IMG/VR virus record: IMGVR_UViG_3300027815_000003
Coordinates: 126,285 to 190,284 of that record
Reading direction: 5' to 3' (one strand)
DNA from: a virus
Length of the DNA stretch: 64,000 nt
The position numbers were made by a program, and so were the translations under genes. Below the pieces are notes generated by a model that saw only the letters and a list, made by a program, of their open reading frames with translations, was not told where the DNA came from and ran no database searches. Position 1 is the stretch's first letter, and each line of letters begins with the position of its first letter. This document shows, in pieces, positions 1-10,843 of the stretch.

Positions 1-396
1 CCTCTTTGTCTCTTGTAATTTATCTACTATTTTTATAGTAGAACTTATTTTGGGTGTTAATATCAGTTGTGCAATTTTTTCTCCCTTTTCAATCCTTTCT
101 GTTACTAAAGAACTCCAATTCATTTTTATCGCTTGTATTAAAATTTCACCCGTATACGAGGGATCTACAGTCCCCTCAATAATGATTATTCCTTTCTTTT
201 CCATAGAACTACTTCTCGGAACAATTCTAAAATAATAATCTGATGGTGGTGTTACATAAACACCAGTTCTAATTTTTACATAATGTAATCCATGTGTGAA
301 TTGTATTGGTTCATAGGCAAATAAATCCCATCCAACATCCTCCGTATTTTTTTCTGGTGCTTTTGCGCCGATATCTAATTTTAATTCAAATTCCAA
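1..396 (-). CDS. dut: dUTPase (3' end runs off the window; TTG start, absent from ORF track)
   Basis: Manual translation gives GWDL, VPRSS, GTVDPSYTGEI, IAQLI and ...ETKR, i.e. trimeric dUTPase motifs 1-4. TTG at 396-394 follows an AAGGGG RBS. Confidence 0.9.
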   Translation of the reverse strand, partial: MEFELKLDIGAKAPEKNTEDVGWDLFAYEPIQFTHGLHYVKIRTGVYVTPPSDYYFRIVPRSSSMEKKGIIIIEGTVDPSYTGEILIQAIKMNWSSLVTERIEKGEKIAQLILTPKISSTIKIVDKLQETKR

Positions 397-576
397 CTAT
401 TTTCCCCTTTCTTTTAATTTTTGTTTTGCTTTTTCTGTAAGTTCTTCTTTAATTAATTCCCCTAAATTACATTTACAAATAATAAAACCAGAAGTAGTAA
501 CACAATCATGTTCTCCCCAATCTGCTATTTGTAAATAAATAAATCCAGTATCTTGACACTCATTACATTTAAACAT
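397..576 (-). CDS. hypothetical 59-aa Cys-rich protein (not in track)
   Basis: ATG..TAG ORF MFKCNECQDTG...CKC...; fills the gap between neighbours. Confidence 0.65.
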   Translation of the reverse strand: MFKCNECQDTGFIYLQIADWGEHDCVTTSGFIICKCNLGELIKEELTEKAKQKLKERGK

Positions 577-578
577 TT

Positions 579-1016
579 TTATAGTCCAGTTTCTATAATT
601 TCACTTTTAGGTTTATAAGGGAATGTTATATAAATACGACTATTTTTATTGGTATAAGTTCCACCATCTTTATCCCTAAAAATTTTGCCCTCTATATCAT
701 AAGGATTTAATCCATTTTCTTTGAAAACATGATAACATCTTTTGTTTTGAAAAACACCAGGCCCTATTTCATTCCATTCATTATCTTCCCCAGTAAGTGG
801 AGTTAATGGCTCAAACCTGGATAATTTTTCAAACAAAGAGACAGTCATAAAGGCAGAAGAGCCACTATGACATTCTTCAGAAAAAAGTCTAATTAATTTC
901 ATAACACTTTTACCTAACTCACCATTATAATCTGAATCTTTTCTAAATAATCCCGCTGCTTCTAATTCTGATCTTGCATAATCTTCTAAATTACTCATTT
1001 TTATTTTCCTTTTCAT
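579..1016 (-). CDS. conserved phage hypothetical protein
   Basis: ORF track; HSGSSA and LTPLTGEDNEW motifs are of a kind seen in phage hypotheticals. Confidence 0.7.
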   Translation of the reverse strand: MKRKIKMSNLEDYARSELEAAGLFRKDSDYNGELGKSVMKLIRLFSEECHSGSSAFMTVSLFEKLSRFEPLTPLTGEDNEWNEIGPGVFQNKRCYHVFKENGLNPYDIEGKIFRDKDGGTYTNKNSRIYITFPYKPKSEIIETGL

Positions 1017-1127
1017 AATTACATACTTGACATTCTTTAATAAATTTTTTATGCCCCAAAGAAAAATGATGATATTTTAATAACATTGTTTCATGTTCTT
1101 TGGGGATTTTACCGCATAAACAAATAT

Positions 1128-1793
1128 TTAATGCCAATCTTCTGTGTCCTTTAAAAATTCTCGTACTCTTTTATACCATTCTGGCATCCAAAGTTTCATT
1201 TCATCTAATGTAAAGTCAAGTTTCGCTGAATTAGCTCTAAAAGAACAAAATACTATATTCCCCTTTATATATCCTTTCTCTGGTATGATTTTATCTATTG
1301 TTATTCCGTCTTTTCTATTATGGCCTTTACCATAATATATATTCATATCTATGTCTGTGTAGAAGCATTTCCCGTTTTGTTTATTATATTGTAATAATAA
1401 ATCTTCTAAAGTTAAATTGAAAGGTATATTTTTATTTTTACTTCTTCCTTTTATATTATATAGTCTAAAAAGCATATTTTTTTCTAAACTTTTATTTTTT
1501 CTGATATTTTGTATATTAGTTTCACAAATATTGCAAATAGCTATAATATATCCTGTTGTTTTATTTAACTTAAAATTATTTAATGTTTTTAATAAATTAC
1601 ATTTTATACATTTTACTTTCCCATTTATTATTTTTACTTCAAAAGTTTCAAATCTACTTTTTAATCCAGCATCCTTTAGTCTCCCATATATTGTTGAATA
1701 TACCATATCATATTTAATAGCTATTTGAGTAGGATTTAACCCATTTTCTATTTCTTCTTTTAATTGTTCTACAGTAATTTTTTGTTTAACCAT
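1128..1793 (-). CDS. putative free-standing HNH-like homing endonuclease
   Basis: N-terminal HTH-like segment, CxxC pairs and C-terminal CFYT...TIDKIIPEKGYIKGNIVFCSFRAN. The likely start is MVKQK (1793). Confidence 0.7.
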   Translation of the reverse strand: MVKQKITVEQLKEEIENGLNPTQIAIKYDMVYSTIYGRLKDAGLKSRFETFEVKIINGKVKCIKCNLLKTLNNFKLNKTTGYIIAICNICETNIQNIRKNKSLEKNMLFRLYNIKGRSKNKNIPFNLTLEDLLLQYNKQNGKCFYTDIDMNIYYGKGHNRKDGITIDKIIPEKGYIKGNIVFCSFRANSAKLDFTLDEMKLWMPEWYKRVREFLKDTEDWH

Positions 1794-1806
1794 AATATAT
1801 ATATAA

Positions 1807-2982
1807 TTAGTGTAAATCAGTATTTGTATCGTCGAGTAAAAATTTATCTGACACAAATTTAAGAATTTTTCTTCCTATTTGCGGGGCAAACTCTTCTCTA
1901 TAAGAACGTATAACAATACCTTCACGTTCTGGTTGGGTTGTTTTACCATTACTATCTAATATTAAACTTGGCCCTTGACTTGTTTTATACAAGTCAATAT
2001 CTTTTAATTTTCCTTTATAAATAAATGGCACTTTTTGTATTTCTCTTTCTTTGCACCAAGTAAAGAAATCTTCTGTATTAAGCCATTTTCCATCAATCTT
2101 TACATCATAAGCATAAAAATCATACTCTTTTTCATCTTGTTTGCATCCATAAGTATAATGACTCTGCACATTATAACCAACTATTTCACCAAATAATTGT
2201 TCATTTGGCTTTAATTTATTTTTTATATTCAATTTATCTGCAATTAACTGATAAATATTTTTATCATAAAATATTTTATTTTTATTTTCTTTTCTATCTG
2301 TAAATTGCACGTTCCTGGAGCCAACAATAAATTGATATTTAGGTAATAATCCAAAAAATTTAATAATTTTTTTCCATAAATCCCATTTATTTATATATGT
2401 GGGAAGATAGGCCATCCGCGTAGAAGAGCCATGAACCTTCTCACTTAAATAAATTTCGTCTTCTGGTTGGAAAACATTTGGATATTTTTTATAATGTTCC
2501 AAATCAAGATATTTTGTAAAAAGAGGATGATTTTTTTTAGCAATTCTACCTTTCATCCCTTTAGAAATATGTTGTTCTGGTGGTTCAAATTTAGTTATCT
2601 CTAGTAAATTTGTTACATTTTCCCCAAATTTTTTCTTTGATAATGTTGGATAAAGTTTTTGTATCCCTTCGTCATTGAAAGGGATAATCATTCCTTGTGA
2701 TAATGCCTGTTGTATTTTAATAGAACGTACACGAGATTTATTTAGTTTTATTTTAGAGTCTAATGGGAAAAGATAAGTTTCTAATTTTTCTGGCAATAAA
2801 CTATCTATTGGTGTATAAATAGCTAAATCTCCAACCTTATATTCACCTTTTCTTACAACAACTTGCCACCCCAAAATTCCATCTTTATTTTCAAATCTAA
2901 CTAATTCTAGCCTTTCAACTTTAGGATTTGGATGATTTACAATCTCTTTAATTTTTACTATTTCTACTATTAAACTGGACAT
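1807..2982 (-). CDS. RNA ligase, DRB0094/Rnl2-like with N-terminal OB domain
   Basis: IYTPIDSLLP, SEKVHGSS (motif I), FGEIVG, EGIVIR and LKFVSDKFL. Confidence 0.85.
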   Translation of the reverse strand: MSSLIVEIVKIKEIVNHPNPKVERLELVRFENKDGILGWQVVVRKGEYKVGDLAIYTPIDSLLPEKLETYLFPLDSKIKLNKSRVRSIKIQQALSQGMIIPFNDEGIQKLYPTLSKKKFGENVTNLLEITKFEPPEQHISKGMKGRIAKKNHPLFTKYLDLEHYKKYPNVFQPEDEIYLSEKVHGSSTRMAYLPTYINKWDLWKKIIKFFGLLPKYQFIVGSRNVQFTDRKENKNKIFYDKNIYQLIADKLNIKNKLKPNEQLFGEIVGYNVQSHYTYGCKQDEKEYDFYAYDVKIDGKWLNTEDFFTWCKEREIQKVPFIYKGKLKDIDLYKTSQGPSLILDSNGKTTQPEREGIVIRSYREEFAPQIGRKILKFVSDKFLLDDTNTDLH

Positions 2983-3014
2983 TACAATCCTTTCTTTTTT
3001 TTAGCCAATGTCAT

Positions 3015-3043
3015 ATTATAACACATTACCCATCTGTTGTCAA
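3015..3043 (-). promoter_or_regulatory. sigma70-type consensus promoter
   Basis: TTGACA-17 bp-TATAAT with extended -10 TG, upstream of the RNA ligase gene. Confidence 0.8.
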
Positions 3044-3050
3044 ATACCTA

Positions 3051-5119
3051 TTAAGTCTCAGAATAGGTAATATGTTTTATTTTCTTTAATATTTCTTCTG
3101 CATCTTCTGTTAATTGGTAACACTGAATAATATCATTTATTATTTTACTTTTTCTTTGAGCTTCATCTATTAAGTTATATGCCGTTACAACTAAATAAAT
3201 AATTTCTTGTTTAGATAAATTTTCTTTGTAGGAAAGTTCTTCAATCTCTATTCTTAAAGTTTGTGAATGTTTTATAAAATCATTATATTTCATTAAACTT
3301 TTCTTTCATTTCTTTTATTTTTTCTAAAAACATAGTATGGACTTCTGTAAAATATTCTTTGTGTCCTCCCATTTGCGAATTTCCCCATACATAATGATGT
3401 ACTAGTTCGTGTATAAGAACCGCTAAATAACAAATATCATAAATAAATATCTTTTTTGTTTTAGGTAAATAAGCCCCATACCAATGTTTACTTTTACTAA
3501 ATTTGACAATTACTTTTTCTAGTTCATATTCTAAACAATACCAATCGGCAATTTTCTGTGCTTCTTCTAGAGTAATAATTATATTCCAGAGATTATACTT
3601 TTTCTCTAGTTTGTAATTTTCTTTAGTTACCCCAGAAGTTTTCACAAGATATACTCACCTATTTTGTAAATAGTTTAGGTTTGGATTGTTGTTGTGCATT
3701 TTGTGGTAATGCAAGTTTTTGTTGCAATAACATTTGTGCTACTTGTGTCCCTACATTTTGTAATATTTCTTCCATATGTTCATCACAAAAAGTAGCACCT
3801 TCATAAATATATCCTGCTTCTTGTCTACAGATAATAGAATCTTTTATTCTTGGTTCCAGGATTTTGATACATTTTAACATTATTTTATCTCTCTTTCTTT
3901 TAATAATTCCCTTGTAACGGGATATTTTGTTCTAATGAAAATATCCTATAATATCTCTCAATTTTTTGATAAATTGGTAAACCTCTTTCCCATTTATCAA
4001 TTATTTCTTGTTTTGTTGGTTTTCTAAATTCCCAATTTTTATAAATATCTTTTATACAAGATAACCAACATTCTTCCATTAATGGAATCCATCCTTCAAA
4101 ATAACTATTGTGAGTCCTGTTATAAAACCAGGCTGATGGTGGAGAAATTGGAGGATTTTTAGAATCCCCATTTTCGTAATCTATTACTGCTTTTATCGGA
4201 TTTGTATAATGACAGCACCAAGCCGTAAAAATATCTGGATATTTTTCCTTAACCCCTTCTATCCCCTTATCTATATAATTAAATAATGATATGATTTCGC
4301 CTTTTGACGGTAAAACACAATCATTTATATATGTTAAAAATTCTCCATTTCTTGTCGTTTCATACCAAGCAAGAGTATTTCTAAGAATATTTTTTTGTTT
4401 ATTAGACAAATTTATATCGTATTCTACTAATTTATTAAAAACTATAGCTGGTAATGTTTCTCTTTTAAATTTTTTGTTCATATAATTTATATACTATCTT
4501 TAATGCAGATTTTATATTGTCTTTAGCAAACTCTTCATCCACCTTACATCCCTCACATTGATTTACACTACAATTACCAGTTCCTAATGCTGAAAGCGCA
4601 TCATCTAATAATGATTCTAATTTTTCTATTTGTTCTTTTTGTATCATATTATTTTTTCTTTTTTAATTCTCCAAAAATAACATTAATGGCATTATCTTTC
4701 CCGTTTACAAAATCTTTTAGTGCTGTATCTTTATATTTTATCAACGCTTGTTTTAAATCATCAATTGTAAATGAACTATTACTTTCATGGCCTTCTATTA
4801 ATTGGCACGGGATCCTTGCGTTTTCTATATGTTTAAAGGGTTCTATCAACTGTTGATGTAAATATAATTGCTCTATAGTCCTGAGTTCATTTGATTTTAT
4901 TTTATGATATTTGGCCCAGTCTTGAAGAAAATAATTTTCTCTTTGAAAATTACTTTTACTTCTATATCCTATTTCTCCATTAGGAAATTTTACGACAACA
5001 GATAAATCATCTTCTTCTATTATCTTTTCACCACATTCTTCTATATGAAGATAAAAATATTTTAAATCATCGTCTTTATATTTTTCCATATATTCGGTAA
5101 ATGTCTTATAATCTTCCAT
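3051..5119 (-). other. block of small hypothetical CDS (3051-3293, 3659-3880, 3900-4481, 4465-4647, 4649-5119)
   Basis: Abutting co-directional ORFs in the track with no recognisable domains. Confidence 0.7.
3283..3645 (-). CDS. SprT-like zinc metalloprotease
   Basis: VLIHELVHH (HExxH) plus a downstream GGH..F motif. Confidence 0.65.
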   Translation of the reverse strand: MKTSGVTKENYKLEKKYNLWNIIITLEEAQKIADWYCLEYELEKVIVKFSKSKHWYGAYLPKTKKIFIYDICYLAVLIHELVHHYVWGNSQMGGHKEYFTEVHTMFLEKIKEMKEKFNEI

Positions 5120-5120
5120 A

Positions 5121-6026
5121 TTAAAAATCTCCAGAAGCTAATTGATATGTTTTTAGTCCTAAAGATCTCCAGCATTTTTCAACGACGGAAGAACGATCGT
5201 CCAAAACAAGATTAGTAAAATAAAAAGGCAATATATCATTTCTAAAAATTTCCTCTTTTACAACATAATCCTTTCTATGATCTCCAGATTTTCTCATAAA
5301 TAATTTTTCAAATGGAATTTCATTTATTTTTAACCATATTTCTGAATCTTCTCTACACACATCTGTTCGTCCAGAACAAATAATAATCTTATATCCAGAA
5401 TTATAATAAAGTAAAACAGTTTCTTTTACATTTTCATCTACTTTATCTTCTAATACTTTTGTTTCATCATATGGACTTCTTTCTTGATGTATGGCTAGAG
5501 AACCATCCAAATCGCAGATTATAGCTTTAGGTAAAGATATATCTTGTATTACCTTTTTATTTGGTAGTGGTTTTAGAATAAAAGGTACGTTTTTATTGTA
5601 TCTTTCAACCATATCTTTTATTACTTTTTCTGGGACTTTTGGTTGTCCTATTCTTTTCTCATTACGTTCTAGTGCTTCTTTTAGTGTAATTGGAAAATAT
5701 TTTAGGACTACCTCTACATTATCGTTATAAAGAGTATTATGTTCCTCTACCACTTCTCTTATTTCATTTATATATTCCATCTTTAAATGAGTAGCGTCGT
5801 TTATTACTGAATAATGATGTGAAAGGGCTTTAGAGATACATTCTTTTTCTATTTCAGAAATAAATTCTTCATTTTTGTTATTGATAATATAATTATCAAA
5901 CATCAATCTTAAAGAATCCCGATTAACAATTTTCCATTTCCCTGGTTCTTTTTGTAATAGTTCTTTTGCCCAAGTAGATTTACCTGCAAGTGGTGCGCCT
6001 ATGGTTATAATTAGTTTGTTATTCAT
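5121..6026 (-). CDS. pseT: polynucleotide 5'-kinase/3'-phosphatase (T4 PseT-like)
   Basis: P-loop GAPLAGKST, NRDSLR, HAD motif DLDGSL, SGR, RKDYVVK and DDR. Confidence 0.92.
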   Translation of the reverse strand: MNNKLIITIGAPLAGKSTWAKELLQKEPGKWKIVNRDSLRLMFDNYIINNKNEEFISEIEKECISKALSHHYSVINDATHLKMEYINEIREVVEEHNTLYNDNVEVVLKYFPITLKEALERNEKRIGQPKVPEKVIKDMVERYNKNVPFILKPLPNKKVIQDISLPKAIICDLDGSLAIHQERSPYDETKVLEDKVDENVKETVLLYYNSGYKIIICSGRTDVCREDSEIWLKINEIPFEKLFMRKSGDHRKDYVVKEEIFRNDILPFYFTNLVLDDRSSVVEKCWRSLGLKTYQLASGDF

Positions 6027-7621
6027 TTATTTTTTCTATAATAATTTTATTCGAACCGCAAAAAGAGCAATATTCGGGGAACATATATAAAAACTTTAAA
6101 AGTAACCCAGGTTTATGAACAATAAATTCTTTATTACAGTTATTGCATAATATTGCCCATTTTATCTCACCAATTGGGAAATTTATACTCCATAATTTCA
6201 TGTTAGCTTTCCTTTCTTTTATTTTTATATTCTTCAAGAGATGGGAATCCAGCTAATTCTGAACCATATAAAATAAAAGCGTATTGATATTTCTTTTTTG
6301 CCTCTTCGTATCGTTCTCTCAATTTTTCATTATAATCATCTTTTACCCAATGATAATTGGAACAACTACAGTTTTTATAATTTCCTAAAATATCAAATGT
6401 CCCACTTTGTAATAAAATCTGCAATACCATTTGTGTCTCTTTATGAATAGAAAAACATTTTTCTCTTAAACTGTTTGATATTTCTTCATCTGTATTAATC
6501 TCCCATCCTAAAATTTCATATATGTCTATCGCCACAGATGAATTACCATAAGGTCTTTTTGGGTCTATTTCTGGCGCTCCATATTCAGAATCTTGCCATC
6601 CGACATACATTCTTTTTAGTAATTTTAGATGATCTTCTGTAATTGTAAATTTCTTTATCTTTAGACAAGTACATTTATTGGTCATTCCAATATCCCTGTC
6701 CCTGCCCATATTTTTCTATGTCTTTCTTCTAAATTTTTTTCAAAGTTTATACATGCCTTTTCTAATGTTTCCCCTTCACCAGATATCCTACAGTCATAAT
6801 CTGTTATTAATACTCCTCCATCCTCAGAGGAAATAAAAATAAGTTGTGTATCTGCATCTTCCCAATAAGTATGTTTACTAAGCCATTGTTCAAAATTAAA
6901 TTTGTCCATTATATTATCTTTCTTTCCATTCTTCTATTTCTTTATCTGTTGCCCACCTATGAATTGTTGCACCAATTCCCCATCCCTTGTTAGTCGGGAA
7001 AATCATTAGTTGATATACTTTTATATATTTATCAAAAAATGGGAAAAGAACTGGTTTGCCAATTAGTCTTGCTAATATCCATAAAAATCCTACTGAAAGA
7101 GAGAACAATAAAAGTATTCCACCTAAAATAGAGAATGTCCATATTAAACCATATCCTAATATGTAAGCTAAATCGTTCATTATATTTCTAATTTTCTCCT
7201 TGTTTCACCAATTCCAAAAGTATTTACAAACTCTTCATAAGTTATTTCTTTATTTTTTATTATTTTTTCTTATAAATTCTTTTGCTTCTTTTTTGTTCAT
7301 TCCCGATACTAAACAACTAAAAAAGATATCATTATATAAAGATAATTGCCATATTTTCATCCAGGGGACACCTTTCCCACTTTTTATTTCTTTTTCAATA
7401 TTTCTATATTCTTCTCCACTATCTATTTTTTCTATAATATGTAATGGTGGAGCAAAATTAAGTTGAAATTTTGCTAATTCCTTTTGATTATTTTTATAGC
7501 ATTCATCACGTTTTATAGCTTCATCTGCTGTATTAAATAATTGTCCATCTATACTTTGGAAATATGTTTTCTCTTTTTCTTCATAAATCGGAATTTTTTC
7601 TTTTACTACAATTTCTTTCAT
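6019..7621 (-). other. block of small hypothetical CDS (6019-6237, 6203-6709, 6682-6909, 6914-7180, 7250-7621)
   Basis: Overlapping start/stop packing in the ORF track. Confidence 0.7.
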
Positions 7622-8415
7622 TATATATTTATCTTTCTTTTTGTCTCTCCAATACCAAAAGCATTGATAAATTCTTCATAGGTTATTTCTTTTTCTTTTC
7701 CATTACTTATATATTTTACATATTTAATAACAATATTTTTATCTACTTTATAAAAAACATCTATTACTTTTATCGCAGTATTAATAGAAGTAAATATATT
7801 ATCTTGTAAAGCCTTTTTTAATACTAATACTTCTTCATCTAGTTTTTCGTAATCAATATCAGTTTTTGGTGTCTCGTTATATACTCCCCCATTTTCGTCT
7901 TTTAGTAGTGTTTCTGATAAAGAAGATAATTTTTGTCCGAATTCGTCTTCTTTTTGTTGTGCAACTCTTTTCGGTACTACAATTTGTTTTTGATATTTTT
8001 CTGGTTCAATTTGTTGTGGGAAATAGATATTACCAGATGCATCTTTTTTATAAACAGAGGAAATAACCATCTCTTTTAACTCTTCTTTTGTATATTCCCC
8101 TTTTATTATTTCTTGGTCTTTAGTAGACATCATTTCTTTCATTTTATCCTTACCGTATATTTCTCCTAAAGCCCAGAATACTTTTGCCTGTGTATCAAAA
8201 AATATGTTAGTGGGTAACTGATCTGAAAAGAGATTTTCTAAATAAGTATAATCATTTTCTAGTTTTTTTACTTTATAATAAAATTCTTCATTTACATCTT
8301 GTAATGAAAGGAAATAAAGCTGATTATAGAAATTTTCTGCATCTTTGGCTAATTTCTTTTCTTCTTCTGTTCTTTCACGTTCTAATAAAAATTTTTCTAT
8401 GCTTTGTATCCGCAT
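7621..8415 (-). CDS. hypothetical protein whose N-terminus (MRIQS) is supplied by the TnpB element left end
   Basis: ATG at 8415. A matching orphan start MKIQS lies at 9812 on the far side of the element. Confidence 0.7.
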   Translation of the reverse strand: MRIQSIEKFLLERERTEEEKKLAKDAENFYNQLYFLSLQDVNEEFYYKVKKLENDYTYLENLFSDQLPTNIFFDTQAKVFWALGEIYGKDKMKEMMSTKDQEIIKGEYTKEELKEMVISSVYKKDASGNIYFPQQIEPEKYQKQIVVPKRVAQQKEDEFGQKLSSLSETLLKDENGGVYNETPKTDIDYEKLDEEVLVLKKALQDNIFTSINTAIKVIDVFYKVDKNIVIKYVKYISNGKEKEITYEEFINAFGIGETKRKINI

Positions 8416-8445
8416 GTAACTAACCATCCTCTCTAAACTATTACC

Positions 8446-8474
8446 ATTATACAATATCTTATCTCTCTTGTCAA
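8446..8474 (-). promoter_or_regulatory. outward-facing consensus promoter in the element left end
   Basis: TTGACA (8474-8469)-17 bp-TATAAT (8451-8446). Confidence 0.85.
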
Positions 8475-8541
8475 GTATCTTTTAAACTCGTTTAAACTGG
8501 TTTACTTTTCCAAATTTGTATCTATTTTTCTTAGCAAAAAA

Positions 8542-8570
8542 TAGACAATTTTCTAAAAGTGTGATATAAT
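8542..8570 (+). promoter_or_regulatory. tnpB promoter
   Basis: TAGACA-17 bp-TATAAT with extended -10 TG; the -10 ends 15 nt upstream of the ATG. Confidence 0.75.
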
Positions 8571-8585
8571 ATAAACATAAAGAAA

Positions 8586-9719
8586 ATGATATACAAATCT
8601 TACAAATATAGATTATATCCAACCAATGACCAGAAAGTTTTATTAGAAAAACATTTTGGAGCAACTAGATTTGTTTTTAACTGGGCTTTGGAAAGTAAAA
8701 TTAAGTTTTATAAAGAAACTGGAAAAGGAATTTCTAAATTCTCACTTAATAAAGAATTAACTTCTTTTAAAAAACAAGAAGAATATAATTGGCTTTATGA
8801 AGTAAATGCACAATCATTGCAAGAATCTATAACTAATTTAGATTCTGCTTATACCAATTTCTTTAGAAAGCAAAGCAAATTTCCAAAATTTAAATCTAAA
8901 AATAACAATCATCAATCTTTTTCTTGCCCACAAAACAATAAAGTCAATTTTGACAAATCTTTACTTTTTATTCCAAAGTTCAAAGAAGGAATTAAAATAA
9001 AAATTGATAGAACTTTTATTGGTAAAATAAAAACCGTTACCATTTCCAGAACTCCGACAAATAAATATTTTGCATCCATTTTAGTAGAAACCCCAGAAAA
9101 TTTACCAGTTAAACCAGAACTTAATATTGAAAAGGCAGTTGGTTTAGATTTGGGATTAAAATCTTTTATAACACTTTCCGATGGTCAAAAATTTGATAAT
9201 CCAAAATTTATTAAGAAATCGACCAAAAAATTAATTAGACAATTCAGAAAATTTTCTCATAAAAAGAGAGGATCAAATAATAAATCAAAACAAAGAATAA
9301 AACTAGCCAGGCTTTATGAAAAAATAACCAACCAAAGAAATGATTTCTTACAAAAACTTTCTACAAAGTTAATCAAAGAGAGCCAATTTGAAACATTTTG
9401 TATTGAAAATCTTAATATTTCTGGAATGGTCAAAAATCATAGCTTGGCAAAAGCAATTTCTGACTCTGGTTGGGCTACATTTATTAAGTTTTTAACATAC
9501 AAATCTAATTGGTATGGGAAAAATATTATCCAGATTGGTAGATTTGAACCCAGTTCAAAGGTTTGTAACGAATGTGGAACCATAAATCAGAAACTTACAC
9601 TTTCAGATAGAACTTGGACTTGTCCATGCGGTGCAATCTTAGATAGGGACATTAATGCAGCCAAGAATATAAAGGACTTTGCTTTTTTCCCACAAAACTT
9701 GCTTCCAAAAATAGGCTAG
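8586..9719 (+). CDS. tnpB: RNA-guided endonuclease TnpB
   Basis: YKYRLYPT N-terminal HTH, RuvC-I GLDLGLK, RuvC-II IENLNI, zinc finger CNECG..CPCG, RuvC-III DRDINAAKNI. Confidence 0.95.
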   Translation: MIYKSYKYRLYPTNDQKVLLEKHFGATRFVFNWALESKIKFYKETGKGISKFSLNKELTSFKKQEEYNWLYEVNAQSLQESITNLDSAYTNFFRKQSKFPKFKSKNNNHQSFSCPQNNKVNFDKSLLFIPKFKEGIKIKIDRTFIGKIKTVTISRTPTNKYFASILVETPENLPVKPELNIEKAVGLDLGLKSFITLSDGQKFDNPKFIKKSTKKLIRQFRKFSHKKRGSNNKSKQRIKLARLYEKITNQRNDFLQKLSTKLIKESQFETFCIENLNISGMVKNHSLAKAISDSGWATFIKFLTYKSNWYGKNIIQIGRFEPSSKVCNECGTINQKLTLSDRTWTCPCGAILDRDINAAKNIKDFAFFPQNLLPKIG

Positions 9720-9812
9720 GGTATAGCCGAATTCACGCTTCTGTAGATTCCCAATAGGGGATCGTTGAAAGAAGAACTAGCAAAAGCTAGATACCATGCT
9801 TTGTATTTTCAT
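9650..9812 (+). ncRNA. putative TnpB omega/reRNA with 3' guide (5' boundary approximate)
   Basis: Hairpins GATTCCC-AATA-GGGGATC (9746-9763) and CTAGC-AAAA-GCTAG (9777-9790) just after tnpB. Position is typical of omegaRNA. Confidence 0.55.
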
Positions 9813-10152
9813 TTTAATAATCTTTCTTTATTCTTTCTATTCCTGCAGACTCTCTAAGTTTGCTAACTGCAAATTGTTCATCTTCTCATTTGCATAATAT
9901 GTCTGTCATATTATTATAATCTTCTGTCTGCAGTATTTTATGTTTATTATTTTTTAAGATATCTAAAATTACTCTAAATATATTTTTATATTGCAAAAAT
10001 TATCTCCAATTACAGGGGAGAAACCGTAAATATATTATATATCTTCTACTCTACCCTTTATATTTATTTTATTTTCTCTCAATTCGTTCCCCATAATAAT
10101 AACAATTTCTCCCTTTCTGGGAATTGGACAGCCTTCAAACTGTAATTGCCTA

Positions 10153-10842
10153 TCATTTTGAATAAATGTAACGGTTGTTTTCATATTGCTTTTCTTTCAA
10201 TTTATTCTTTATTAGTTTTTGTCCAGTCCAATGTATTACAGTATCATTTATTTTGTCTCTAAATTCTTCTCTGACATATTTACAGACACTTTCATTATAC
10301 TCCGAAAATGGGATTTTGTCAAGTATTCGTAACACAAATCCCTCTACCAAATCTCTGTTGTAAAATTCAAGATATTTTAGTTCATTTAATCTTTTTTCGT
10401 CCCATTTTCCCATATATAAAGTTGGCACTAATTCAAAATTATTTTCTTGACAAAATTGCATTGTATCTGTCCAAAATAAACATATATTATTTTCGTCCCA
10501 AATTGAATGAACATAAAAATATGATTTTAGATTTTGATAATAAATAGTATGTTTTGCAAATAAATTTTCCCCACAAATTCTCCATCCATCTGGGATTTTA
10601 TGTTTAATAGTTTGATGATATGCTTTGGCCCAATCGTGGGAAGGATGAGATAAACTACTATTTATAGAACGAGAATGGCAATAGTTATTATAAAATGTCC
10701 AGTTTTCCCCATCAAGTTTTAAACTGATAACTATATCTTTATTTTTAAATTGAACCAGGGATTTCATTGTTTTGTCATCTGATGAAATCCCTAAAGAATC
10801 TGGAATATGATAAATTCTAGGATGTTTTACATAGATATTCAT
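10153..10842 (-). CDS. second RNA ligase-family nucleotidyltransferase
   Basis: KLDGEN, ICGENL, VEGFVLR and KYVR. Confidence 0.8.
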   Translation of the reverse strand: MNIYVKHPRIYHIPDSLGISSDDKTMKSLVQFKNKDIVISLKLDGENWTFYNNYCHSRSINSSLSHPSHDWAKAYHQTIKHKIPDGWRICGENLFAKHTIYYQNLKSYFYVHSIWDENNICLFWTDTMQFCQENNFELVPTLYMGKWDEKRLNELKYLEFYNRDLVEGFVLRILDKIPFSEYNESVCKYVREEFRDKINDTVIHWTGQKLIKNKLKEKQYENNRYIYSK

Positions 10843-10843
10843 A

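Larger units (their letters stand above)
8410..9795 (+). mobile_element. solo IS200/IS605-family (IS1341-like) TnpB element without transposase
   Basis: tnpB on the opposite strand, bounded by the 11-bp direct repeat ATGCTTTGTAT (8399-8409 and 9796-9806). No tnpA is present. Confidence 0.7.

Noticed and set aside
8410-9795. IStron (group I intron-TnpB hybrid)
   Set aside because: tnpB is antisense to the interrupted gene and the 175-bp left end has no room or motifs for an intron core.
9814-9996. In-frame TGA in a small TTG-start ORF as evidence of stop-codon recoding
   Set aside because: TGA serves as a normal stop elsewhere (e.g. 16167) and long genes are open in code 11. A single nonsense change or two tiny ORFs is more likely.
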